From an uncultured Acidobacteriota bacterium (GTDB lineage Bacteria; Acidobacteriota; Blastocatellia; RBC074), in contig CAWCKY010000003.1 of assembly GCA_963796275.1 (NCBI GenBank), positions 864,001 through 928,000 of the forward strand: a stretch of DNA of 64,000 nucleotides, written 5' to 3'. Every line of letters begins with the position of its first letter. Positions within the stretch are counted from its first letter, which is position 1. The position numbers and the translations under genes were made by a program. A model generated the notes under the pieces. It worked only from the letters and a program-made list of their open reading frames with translations, was not told the DNA's origin and did not search any database. Below are positions 38,179 through 49,114 of this stretch, piece after piece.

Positions 38179-39918
38179 CTACGCTCGTAAGCCTGTCCGT
38201 CGGTGTTGCAACCAGCGGTCAAGTCTCGACCACGGCCAGGCATTAACTACCGAGCGTGCTTCAACCCACCCCCGCCTCGCCTGGAAGACGCCATAGCGAG
38301 TTTGCTCGAGCTGCGCGGTGCTGTGCGCATCGGAGTCGATGGCTAAAAGCGCGCCCGCATCCTGCGCAGCTCGCGCCAACACATCATTCAGATCGAGGCG
38401 GTTCGGCGAGCCATTTACTTCCAATGCCACGCCTGCCACGGCGGCTGTCTCAACGACGCGTTCGAAGTCGAAATCCACCGGCTCGCGGTTTCCTATCAGA
38501 CGTGTCGTCGGATGTCCAATTATGTGTACGTAAGGATTTGCGATGGCGTCGACCAGTCGCTCTGTCATTCGCTCTCTGCTTTGTCTAAAAGCTCCATGTA
38601 GAGAAGCCACTACGACATCAAGTCGCGCTAGTATCGTATCCGGATAATCGAGCCGGCCGTCGGCGAGTATATCTACTTCCGCGCCTATCAGGATGCGGGG
38701 ATTGCGCCTACCCCATCGTTTGCGCAATGCTTCGATTTCTTCGATTTTCCGTTCCAGCGTCTCCACATCCAGTCCGTGAGCGATGCGAGACGATTGCGAA
38801 TGATCGGTTAAAGCGATGTAGTCGCGGCCGAGTCGGGCTGACGCTTCAACCATCTCCTGGACGCTCGCTGTGCCATCAGACCATGTCGTATGCATATGCA
38901 GATCGCCGCGCAGATCGTTCTCAGAGATAAGATCGGGGAGCTGGTTTACCAGTGCAGCCTCCACTTCACCCCGGTCCTCACGCAATTCCGGCGGCACCAG
39001 CTTCATACCCAATGCGCGATAGACGTCCTCTTCATTTGCGCCGCCGATCCGTTTATCTCCGTGAAAGATTCCGTACTCATTGAGCTTCATTCCGCGCTCG
39101 CGAGCTATCGTACGTAAATGGACGCTGTGGCGTTTAGAACCGGTGAAATAGTGCAGTGCAGCTCCATAAGATTCCTGGGGGACCGCACGAACGTCTGCTT
39201 GCCAATTATTTTCGATGATAACGGTTGCCCGCGTTCCACCGAGAGCAGTCACCCGGTTGATCGATGGCAGTTTGACGAATTCACGTAACGCTGCTTCCCC
39301 ATCTTTCGAGACGATCAGCAAGTCAATGTCTCCGACAGTTTCCGCGCGACGGCGGATCGAACCGGCGAGTTCAGCGCATTCTACGAGTCTGATATTTCGC
39401 GCCTCATTGAGCAATTTTTCGGCCAGCGGCAGAACTATGCCGAGCCGCCGCCGCTGCAGGCTGGATTGATAGAGTTCGATCCCTTGACACAGATTCTCTA
39501 CCTTCTTTGCGCCAAACCCGCGCAGTGTCTGCAGCGAACCATTCTCAATCAGGCGCTTAAGGTCGGAAAGATTTTTGATCTTGAACTTTTTTTCCAGCAG
39601 CGCCAGCGTCTTAGGTCCCAGGCCAGGGATATCCATCAACTCCAGCAGTTCCTCGGGAACATCGTTTAATTCCTGCTCGCAACGACGGATGTGCCCCGTC
39701 TCGATGTACTCTTCTATCATCTCCGAGAGGTCCTGCCCGATTCCCGGAATATCCTGAAGCTTTTTTTCACGCGCCAATGCGGTGAGGTCTTGTTTCCAAC
39801 CCCTCAGGGAACCGGCGGCGCGCTCGTAGGCTAACGCTCGGAAGCGATCCTTGCCTTTAAAGGAGAGCGCGCGCGCCATCCGGTCGAAGATTTCTGCGAT
39901 CTCCTGGTTTATCATCAT
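38179..39918 (-). CDS. polX: DNA polymerase/3'-5' exonuclease PolX (PolX core + PHP)
   Basis: NQEIA..F, HhH IPGIG and IPGLGPK, AGSIRR, GDID, YFTGSK, LNEYG; PHP DLHMHT, TDHS, DSDAH. Confidence 0.95.
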   Translation of the reverse strand: MMINQEIAEIFDRMARALSFKGKDRFRALAYERAAGSLRGWKQDLTALAREKKLQDIPGIGQDLSEMIEEYIETGHIRRCEQELNDVPEELLELMDIPGLGPKTLALLEKKFKIKNLSDLKRLIENGSLQTLRGFGAKKVENLCQGIELYQSSLQRRRLGIVLPLAEKLLNEARNIRLVECAELAGSIRRRAETVGDIDLLIVSKDGEAALREFVKLPSINRVTALGGTRATVIIENNWQADVRAVPQESYGAALHYFTGSKRHSVHLRTIARERGMKLNEYGIFHGDKRIGGANEEDVYRALGMKLVPPELREDRGEVEAALVNQLPDLISENDLRGDLHMHTTWSDGTASVQEMVEASARLGRDYIALTDHSQSSRIAHGLDVETLERKIEEIEALRKRWGRRNPRILIGAEVDILADGRLDYPDTILARLDVVVASLHGAFRQSRERMTERLVDAIANPYVHIIGHPTTRLIGNREPVDFDFERVVETAAVAGVALEVNGSPNRLDLNDVLARAAQDAGALLAIDSDAHSTAQLEQTRYGVFQARRGWVEARSVVNAWPWSRLDRWLQHRRTGLRA

Positions 39919-39922
39919 CTGG

Positions 39923-40591
39923 TCAGCGATATGGTGTATAAGTCGGCTCAGAGATCGCACAGATCATGTCAGCCATTGCCCGCCGCTCACCGCGCCCCTG
40001 ATGGGAGCCGGCGTGACGCAACAGGTCGGCCTGACTAACGATGCCGATCACCTGGTAGCGGTCGTTCACGATCGGCATACGGCGAATCTGATGACACGAC
40101 ATCAGCCACATGCAATCCTTGATCGGCTCATTCGCAAGACAGGTGAATGATTCATTCGTCATACACTCGTCCACCCGCGCCCGCCGTGAATCCTTGCCCC
40201 TCCCCGTGATTCTGACGGTCAGGTCTCGGTCGGTCACCATTCCGATGAGCCTCCCTTCGTCGTCCACCACAGGCAGTGCGCCGCAGTTGCATTCTCCCAT
40301 TAGACGCGCGGCCCACTCGACCGTGTTGTCGGGATGGACAGTTATCACGTTGCGCGTCATGACATCGCCCGCCCGCACGTGTTCAAAATCGCGGCTCGCG
40401 GGCGTATGGTTTACTCCGCGGTAGGGTTGCAAGCCACGGCGAATATCTTTACGCCGCCGCAACTCCGCCTCTTCATCACCGAACCACGAGCGAACTTCAT
40501 CGCCTACCCGTTCCATCAGACCGCGGTCTTTATAATAACCGCTGTCGTTGAGGCCACGGTCGTAATTACGATTATTCTGGCGTGTAACCAT
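39923..40591 (-). CDS. CBS-pair protein with N-terminal SWFGD motif
   Basis: ERVGDEVRSWFGDEEAE; CBS motifs GALPVVD, GMVTDRD, IRRMPIV, GIVSQAD. Confidence 0.88.
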   Translation of the reverse strand: MVTRQNNRNYDRGLNDSGYYKDRGLMERVGDEVRSWFGDEEAELRRRKDIRRGLQPYRGVNHTPASRDFEHVRAGDVMTRNVITVHPDNTVEWAARLMGECNCGALPVVDDEGRLIGMVTDRDLTVRITGRGKDSRRARVDECMTNESFTCLANEPIKDCMWLMSCHQIRRMPIVNDRYQVIGIVSQADLLRHAGSHQGRGERRAMADMICAISEPTYTPYR

Positions 40592-40609
40592 CTCGTACCT
40601 CCTTGTTGC

Positions 40610-41416
40610 CTACTTGCTGGTTGTTCCGGTCGGCGACGGAGAGGCGGCCGGCGTCCCCGTGTTTCCGACGAGCTGGTCGTCAATCTTGATCAGCTCCAGT
40701 TTCGGAGCTCCCTGAACTTTGCCAGCTATGACGTAGGTATAGATGTGACCTGCCTCCAATGTCACGTCGGGCACCGTCAGCAATGCGACCGTTTTACCCT
40801 GCGGCCAAACTTCGAGTGTGGCCGTCATCGGATCAACTTCGTTGTAGAAGGTGACTGTCTGAGGATTCACACCCTCGAAGGCTTCGTTCGAGCGGCCTTT
40901 CAGGAAGACATTCAACTCACCCGCGTCGGGCGAGGCATTGATGACGCGCACGCTCGCTTTGCCCGAAGCCGGCGGCGTCAATTTGTCGCCTACCACGCGC
41001 AAAATCGGTTTGCCATCTGTCGAAGGCATGGCGATCGCCGTGTAATGATCGCCGCCACTGATGCCTTCTCTGTTCTGTGCCAGCGGCTCTGTGCTGTCTT
41101 TGCCGGCCGGCCTGATCGCGAACTGCTCTTGCGCATCGGCCACTTCCTTGTACGGCGTCACTGTCTTGTAAGCGACGTTGTTGAACTCCTTATTGTTTCC
41201 GATGTAGGCGTCCATCACCGCTAAGTCGGGGAGCGCTTGAACGACGCGTACCAAAGCCTTGTCATGCTTCTCGGCATCTTTTGCCGATGGTGCGCTCGAT
41301 CTACCTTTCTCGGTAGTAGTTGTAACCGATTCCGTTCGTTCCGATTCAGACGTGCAGGCTGCCGTAATCAACACCGCGATCGCGATGCTCATATAAAAAA
41401 TTTTCTTGCCTAACAT
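40610..41416 (-). CDS. DUF4397 lipoprotein
   Basis: Lipobox ITAAC; ALVRVVQALPD and ASVRVINASPDAG repeats. Confidence 0.85.
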   Translation of the reverse strand: MLGKKIFYMSIAIAVLITAACTSESERTESVTTTTEKGRSSAPSAKDAEKHDKALVRVVQALPDLAVMDAYIGNNKEFNNVAYKTVTPYKEVADAQEQFAIRPAGKDSTEPLAQNREGISGGDHYTAIAMPSTDGKPILRVVGDKLTPPASGKASVRVINASPDAGELNVFLKGRSNEAFEGVNPQTVTFYNEVDPMTATLEVWPQGKTVALLTVPDVTLEAGHIYTYVIAGKVQGAPKLELIKIDDQLVGNTGTPAASPSPTGTTSK

Positions 41417-41615
41417 GATTTCTCCTCACTGCCTCAACTACGTCCTTCGTTGGTCTTACCATTCTCAAAGGATATGGTTTCGGCTAAAAAATCTGCCTTA
41501 ATTCCTCTACAAATCGTATCCGCCTCGGACAATGCATTGCATGAATCAGAGACAGAAGGCCTAATTCGGACATAAATGCCACTATTCGGCCTTGATTTTT
41601 ATCTGGTGATATATC

Positions 41616-41630
41616 GCAAGGCTAATGCCA
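41616..41630 (-). promoter_or_regulatory. sigma54 -24/-12 promoter
   Basis: TGGCAT-TAGCC-TTGC facing the DUF4397-CBS-polX operon. Confidence 0.72.
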
Positions 41631-41724
41631 TAACCCGGCAATCTGAGGCTTTGCGTGAGAAATCAACAGGCTGAAATCAGGATTTAATTCCAGATAAACC
41701 TATGCGTCTCCCCTGCCGGATTTG

Positions 41725-41739
41725 TGGCGAAGGACTTGC
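41725..41739 (+). promoter_or_regulatory. sigma54 -24/-12 promoter
   Basis: TGGCGA-AGGAC-TTGC, 43 bp before ATG 41782. Confidence 0.6.
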
Positions 41740-41781
41740 GTTGTTAACTTGCGTTGATAATCGGAGGAAGGAGGAATTTAT

Positions 41782-42285
41782 ATGGCTACGGAAAAGCAAA
41801 AGAAAGCTGCAAAGAAGAACATCAAGAAAGCGCAGGAGGCGCGGCAAAAGATGTCTTCCCGAGCTCATTCGAAAGCCCAGCCTGAGGGCGGAAAACGCGC
41901 CAAACCGGGTTCGACCGGAAAGGGCGAGTATTATCACGTCGAGGTCAGGCCGAAGGATGAGTTCGTCAGCTTCCGCACGCACGATGTCGGGGAGAAGGGC
42001 GGCATTCAGCGTGTCGGTGGCAGGCGAAGCAGCGGCTCCTGGGATGATCAGAAATGGTTGATCAGCAAAGAACACGCACACGTCGAAAACGGCAAGCTCG
42101 TGCCAGATACCGAGGACGCTCGCGAAGTGCTCGAAGCATTGGGATCGAAACCAGTGCACGTCAGCGGTGATCGTTTCAAGGCCAAACCGAGACCGAACGT
42201 CCCGGAGAAGGATAAACCTACGGCGGCGCAACGACGAGCGCAGCAGAGCAATATCAAAAAGGCGCAAGCTGCCCGAAGGTCCTGA
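41782..42285 (+). CDS. Basic hypothetical protein with terminal NIKKAQ repeats
   Basis: Strong SD (AAGGAGG); NIKKAQ at both termini; core FRTHDVG...WLISK. Confidence 0.85.
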   Translation: MATEKQKKAAKKNIKKAQEARQKMSSRAHSKAQPEGGKRAKPGSTGKGEYYHVEVRPKDEFVSFRTHDVGEKGGIQRVGGRRSSGSWDDQKWLISKEHAHVENGKLVPDTEDAREVLEALGSKPVHVSGDRFKAKPRPNVPEKDKPTAAQRRAQQSNIKKAQAARRS

Positions 42286-42328
42286 TCCCTTCACCGTTTG
42301 ACGGCCTTCTCAAACAAAGAAAAACCTG

Positions 42329-42383
42329 GAAGAAACGAAGGGAACGATGAATTCAAGTTTTATTCGGCTTCTTCGTTTCTTCT
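42329..42383 (+). terminator. Intergenic stem-loop
   Basis: GAAGAAACGAAG...CTTCGTTTCTTC 12-bp inverted repeat. Confidence 0.4.
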
Positions 42384-42406
42384 CGGTTCAAATGTAGAGG
42401 AGGGTT

Positions 42407-43369
42407 ATGAAAATCTTGTTGGCTGTAGATGATTCGCCGTATTCGGCAGAAGCAGTAAGGGAAGTTATTGAGCGCACATGGCCACCCAGCGCGATTGTAC
42501 GGGTGATCTCGGCAATTGAGGATATACCGCCGCCAACGGCTGATTGGTGGAATGACGCTTCCGGACAACTCGAACGCGCGAATCTGGAATTGAAAGAGGG
42601 AGTCGAGCAACTCTCGGCGCGGGTAGCCGAATCCCTCGCGGACACCGGCCTCAAAGCTGAGACGACGATTCGGCACGGCGACCCCCGATCCGTGATCGTT
42701 GAAGAAGCAAAAGAGTGGGGCGCGGACTTGATCGTGGTCGGTTCGCACGGATACACCGGCATCAAGCGATTATTGCTCGGTAGCATTGCGCAATCGGTCG
42801 TGGCCCACGCACCCTGTTCCGTCGAGGTCGTCCGGATAAAGCCGGGAGCGATTGCTGGATCGGAATCTACCGGCTTACGGGCGGACGCGAACGAGGGCCG
42901 TGAGAAAGGAGCGATAGATGTTAAGCGCGATGACGCATTGTGGCTGGAAGACCTGATAGCAGGTATCCGAACCGCTATGCTGACCACCATCACCAGTGAC
43001 GGCCATCTGCACAGCCGCCCGATAGTCGCTCACGCCGCCAGCTTCGACCGCGAATTGTGGTTCTTCACTCATGCCCACACTCACAAAGTCGAAAATAGCG
43101 AGCGAGAGCATCAGATCAATCTCAGCTACGCCCATCCGGATAAAGAGAATTACATCTCGATCTCTGGAAAAGGCGTGCTCGTTCAGGATCGGCATAAAAT
43201 GGAGGAGTTTTGGGACCCGATCTTTGAAGATTGGTTTCCACAAGGTTTGGCTGACCGCGACCTGGCTTTGCTAAAAGTGAGCGTTGAAGACGTCGAGTAT
43301 TGGGATACGAGCGAGAACTTGATGGTGCGGTTGATGCCTGTGTCTAATGCTTTTCGCGCGGAGGGCTAA
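42407..43369 (+). CDS. Universal stress protein fused to general stress protein 26 (pyridoxamine-5'-phosphate-oxidase-like)
   Basis: USP KILLAVDDS, DLIVVGSHG, LLGSIAQSVVAHAPCSV; then AMLTT, LHSRP, LWFFT, YISISG, EYWD. Confidence 0.88.
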   Translation: MKILLAVDDSPYSAEAVREVIERTWPPSAIVRVISAIEDIPPPTADWWNDASGQLERANLELKEGVEQLSARVAESLADTGLKAETTIRHGDPRSVIVEEAKEWGADLIVVGSHGYTGIKRLLLGSIAQSVVAHAPCSVEVVRIKPGAIAGSESTGLRADANEGREKGAIDVKRDDALWLEDLIAGIRTAMLTTITSDGHLHSRPIVAHAASFDRELWFFTHAHTHKVENSEREHQINLSYAHPDKENYISISGKGVLVQDRHKMEEFWDPIFEDWFPQGLADRDLALLKVSVEDVEYWDTSENLMVRLMPVSNAFRAEG

Positions 43370-43461
43370 CGCCGATAAACAGGCAATCAGAGTTTTAGAG
43401 TTCTATATGCCTATTTTGAATGCTGAATCCCTCCGCGGGACCCCAGCATGTGGATGTGTTC

Positions 43462-43680
43462 ATGATTAAATCAAGAAAAATCAAAGGTGCAGCAATGGCA
43501 ATCGGATCAACTGCAGTTGGCGCATTTGCGCTCGGCGCATTTGCGCTCGGCGCTCTGGCAATCGGTCGACTGGCGATTCGCCGCCTGGGTATCCGCGAAT
43601 CACGCATACACACGCTTGAAATCAGCGAATTGAATGTAGGCCGGTTGCGGGTAAGCGATCTCACCGTGACACAATCGTGA
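43462..43680 (+). CDS. Small membrane protein with GA(F/L)A(L/I) pentapeptide repeats
   Basis: AIGSTAVGAFALGAFALGALAIGRLAIRRL...LEISELNVGRLRV. Confidence 0.65.
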   Translation: MIKSRKIKGAAMAIGSTAVGAFALGAFALGALAIGRLAIRRLGIRESRIHTLEISELNVGRLRVSDLTVTQS

Positions 43681-43767
43681 TTGCACGCTTACTTTAGCCG
43701 CAAGGCAAGGGCGCGCGCCAATAACAATTGAACGCGTTTTTTAGCGAATTGCTTTGCGGATGGCGCA

Positions 43768-44151
43768 TTACGCCTTTGTAACTTGTAATCCGTTTGCCAC
43801 CATTAACTGACAATACTCCGCACACCGGCGGCAGGTTCTGCCACAAATCTTCATCAGGTCATCGTCGCCGAACCGCTCGCAGCTCTCAGCACATCTCAAA
43901 CATACCTCAGCACATGTACTGCAAATGGTTATGTGCAGATCGGAATTACGCGTTATGAAATTAGCGCTCGTGTCGCAGATTTCAGCGCAGTCTTGCAACA
44001 ACCGGATATACTTCTCACTCGCTTGCTTCCCTCCCTTTTGGAGACAGTGCGTGATTGCTTCCAGACAGATACGGTGGGTGTCCAGACAACTCTGAACGCA
44101 CTGCTCGATCTGATTCATCTGCTCTCTCATTGTTGTGGGTTGTGTTGCCAT
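43768..44151 (-). CDS. Cys-rich four-helix-bundle copper-binding protein (DUF326/Csp3/YhjQ-like)
   Basis: Repeated CxxxC/CxxC, DCAEIC, CAESCE; GGAGG SD; no signal peptide. Confidence 0.9.
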   Translation of the reverse strand: MATQPTTMREQMNQIEQCVQSCLDTHRICLEAITHCLQKGGKQASEKYIRLLQDCAEICDTSANFITRNSDLHITICSTCAEVCLRCAESCERFGDDDLMKICGRTCRRCAEYCQLMVANGLQVTKA

Positions 44152-44333
44152 TATTTCCTCCTCCAAAATTAGGCTCTCAGTGCCTTAATCTATCAGTATC
44201 AGAATCTGACAATGATTCGTACACCTGTGCGAAATTTAATTACATTCACTCTGACTCGTTGCATATAACCTGATCAGTTTCAGCTTCGGAGTCCAGACTG
44301 AACCTCCCTGAGATAGCAATGAGATAACAATTG

Positions 44334-44348
44334 GCAATCAAAGTGCCA
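44334..44348 (-). promoter_or_regulatory. sigma54 -24/-12 promoter
   Basis: TGGCAC-TTTGA-TTGC canonical match facing the Cu-bundle gene. Confidence 0.72.
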
Positions 44349-44622
44349 GCGTCCGGGCGGGAGCCAGCTTTTCTGATTGAGCACATTGCTCAACCCCTCG
44401 ATGCCATTGAATCATCTCTTGGGTTGTTAGAAACTGGCAGGCTAGGCGGAATGGATTGATCAATGGAAACGGGCAACATCGTCAGTTTATCGACCGAGAG
44501 AAGGTGGCGATTCATCGGACCGCGGATACGCTTTAACGTGTCGTATCACGATACAACACATCCGCTGAGCACAGGGCGGCTGGGGATACTGATGGCCTCG
44601 GTATGGACGAGCGGCTGAAAAT

Positions 44623-45546
44623 ATGAAAATGCCACCATCTGTCGCCTCACGTAATCAAGCTAAAACTGCCTATCTGCACATGCTCTGGGCATCGGTCGCG
44701 TTCGCGGTAATGGCTGCTGTCAGTCATTGGGCGGGTGAACGCTGCGATTGGCAATTGGTCGCCGTGTCACGCGCATCAATCGCATTTTTCTTTTCGTTGG
44801 TGATTGCCGGAATCTCACGCGTCAAATTTGTTATTCGAGGTCCGAAAACTTTATGGGTGAGAAGTTTGGCGGGCAGCACCAGCATGCTATGCAATTTTTA
44901 TGCGCTTACACATTTACCGGTTTCAGATACGCTGACGTTGATGAATACCGCTCCGATTTGGGTGACGCTGCTGTTGTGGTTCGTCTTCAAACATAAACCT
45001 ACAACCGGCATTGTCATTGCCGTTCTGACCAGCGTTGCAGGCATCGCCCTGATTCAACAACCGCATTTTCAAAGCGGCAAATTTGCCTGCCTCATGGCAC
45101 TGTGCGGAGCGTTTTGCACGTCGATCGCAATGCTCGGACTCAATCGCCTGCAGAGTATAGACCCGCGCGCTATTGTCGTTCATTTTTCGGGAGTGGCCAG
45201 CGTGGTGACGATGGCGTTCCTGGCGCTCACCGATCGCAAAAACTATTTCGCGCAATTGAACGGCAATCACATATTGATCCCATTGGTGTTGGTGGGGATA
45301 GCAGGTGTGGCGGGACAAATAGGTATGACGCTCGCTTTTGCTAAAGGGCATGCATCGCGAGTCTCCGTAGTGGCCTTGTCGCAAATTTTGTTCGGATTGG
45401 CCTTCGATGCAATTTTCTGGGGGCGCTCCCTAAACGCGATCTCAATTCTTGGAATGGTCTTCGTCATTGTTCCGGCGGCCTGGTTGATCCTCGGCGAAAC
45501 ACCGGCGCGAAGCCACGATCTGATCGAAGTAGAAATGGAAGATTGA
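44623..45546 (+). CDS. DMT/EamA-family transporter
   Basis: About 10 TM helices; FYALTHLPVSD...NTAPIW. Confidence 0.9.
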   Translation: MKMPPSVASRNQAKTAYLHMLWASVAFAVMAAVSHWAGERCDWQLVAVSRASIAFFFSLVIAGISRVKFVIRGPKTLWVRSLAGSTSMLCNFYALTHLPVSDTLTLMNTAPIWVTLLLWFVFKHKPTTGIVIAVLTSVAGIALIQQPHFQSGKFACLMALCGAFCTSIAMLGLNRLQSIDPRAIVVHFSGVASVVTMAFLALTDRKNYFAQLNGNHILIPLVLVGIAGVAGQIGMTLAFAKGHASRVSVVALSQILFGLAFDAIFWGRSLNAISILGMVFVIVPAAWLILGETPARSHDLIEVEMED

Positions 45547-45585
45547 CTTTTGATTATTCAATCTTGTCCCTGGCCGAAAACCAGG

Positions 45586-46695
45586 TTACTTGAGGCTCAC
45601 TCTAGTACTGAGAGAATGTTGGCCTTCCAGTCCGCCGTCAGTTCGGGCCGGCTGGTTATTTATTGCCTGTTCAAAAAACACCGGCTGCGTCCAGGCCGCT
45701 TTACCATTCGATTCGATCACTTTCGCGCGAACGTAAAACTCATCGCCCTTGATAGAATAAATTGCAGGACTGGTCGTCACTTCCTTCAGTATCTTGCCCC
45801 ATCTGCCTATGAACTGGACTTTATATTTGCTCTGAGTCTCTGCGACGATATCAATTTTGATTTCGTCCTTACCTACCGAATAATCGCGCAGCGTCACTCC
45901 GGTCGAAGCATAAAAATCGCCCTCCTCCAGGGCTCTCAGAATGTCGCCCGGGCTGAGGCTCGCCGCGCGCACCATTACCCATCCGTGTCCGGGAGTAGCC
46001 TTCGTTCGGTCGCCGGGAGTTTTGAAGTTATGCGCATCGTCCACCGCGATGCCGTAAAGAGTCATACCGTCTGAGAGAATATCGTCCCACATCGCCTCGA
46101 GACCGGGCATTCCACCCCCTCCGAGGTTGTTGACATGCGGATGACCATTATAGATCTCAAAAAGGCGAAGGTTTTTGACAGATTTCAAATCGTTGGCGCC
46201 GATCGCCCAATGAAAGTTGGGATGATTGACGTGGGGGACGCCTTCCAACCCGCGGATGGCGTTTACGTTGTTCTGGATTACGCTGGTGACGCTCGCGCCG
46301 TGCTGTGGTTCGACGGTCTGTTTGAGATTCAGGCCGTTGATGTGGATCGGCTTCTCCTGAAATTTATCGGTGACTTCTTCGCCCTTGATGAGGATGAACT
46401 TGTTGGCCGCGCCGAATACGGCGTTCAGCCCTTCGACCTCGGTCAGAAAGTTGTGATCTGACAAAACCAGAAAATTGTAGCCGTGCTCGCGGTACCAACG
46501 AACAACTTCGTCCGGGGTGCTGTCGCCATCGCTGTTGATGGTGTGAGTGTGCGTGTTGCCTTTATACCAGCGGAGTGTCGGCTTCTCCTGAGCGATGGCA
46601 AGGCAGAAAAGTATAGCGGAGAACGCTATCAATACGAACGATCTGCCCCTACGTATAGGGTGGTTGTTTGATTCGGGCATGTTGTCTTCGGTCAC
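45586..46695 (-). CDS. Exported PHP-domain (CehA/McbA-like) metallohydrolase
   Basis: GNTHTHT, SDHN, GEEVT, NHP, EIYN, DDAH. Confidence 0.85.
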   Translation of the reverse strand: MTEDNMPESNNHPIRRGRSFVLIAFSAILFCLAIAQEKPTLRWYKGNTHTHTINSDGDSTPDEVVRWYREHGYNFLVLSDHNFLTEVEGLNAVFGAANKFILIKGEEVTDKFQEKPIHINGLNLKQTVEPQHGASVTSVIQNNVNAIRGLEGVPHVNHPNFHWAIGANDLKSVKNLRLFEIYNGHPHVNNLGGGGMPGLEAMWDDILSDGMTLYGIAVDDAHNFKTPGDRTKATPGHGWVMVRAASLSPGDILRALEEGDFYASTGVTLRDYSVGKDEIKIDIVAETQSKYKVQFIGRWGKILKEVTTSPAIYSIKGDEFYVRAKVIESNGKAAWTQPVFFEQAINNQPARTDGGLEGQHSLSTRVSLK

Positions 46696-46895
46696 CTCAT
46701 TTTATGCGGGCTCAAAGCTGTTACGTCTGGTATTCCCGGAAACCGGGCAGATTCTTTCACATTGCCACAGATTGCAACCGGTATTCGCTGAACCTGAGCA
46801 TAGAATCAATATTCTGCGTCAAATTGTCGAACATCAGAAATGCCGGCCTTCATTCCCAAATGACAAGTGCAGCAAGTTGGTCTAGGACGAACCGA

Positions 46896-48479
<1,584 letters not shown>

Positions 48480-49114
48480 GGTCCGCCTTTCATAGTTTGT
48501 GAGATGACCGCCCGCCCAGGGGAAATCGCTTATCGCTTCAGTACCTATTGAATCCCGTGCATATATAAACTCATTGAAGTCGCGGATTTGGGCACTTAGC
48601 GCCAGAGCCGCGGGGTGCTTATAGTATCCGGTCGTACAAATCTGGTCGTAAAATCTGGCGGTGCGCAGTGGAGCGCGCCAGGTCTGCAATATTGCAACCG
48701 TTTCGGCAATCATTTTTCTGATCCGGGATTTCGCTGAAACTCACCCGATGTCATTCCACAACTACCGCGGTTTGAGGATGCTCAATCGTCCTGGAATTAC
48801 GAGTGATGAAAATCGACTAGCAAAGCGGTTGCCGGGCTCCGCTATCCCAAGATTCTGAAAAACGCTGTAATGTTCACAATTGAGTTTAATATGCACGGCT
48901 TCAAACGATTTGCCCGACCATCGGCCGGAAGCGTCATCGTTACTCAACGGTTGCCGCGTCTACGTCGTGATCGCACAGATAGTAATACGTTCGCATATCG
49001 ATGGATAGTCTTGTAGCGCTATATATGCAAGCCGGGATTGGCATTTCTCAACCTACCGAGATATCAGTAAGACCGAAAATATTTTCAAACTAGCCATCCC
49101 CCGGGTTTATCTTA

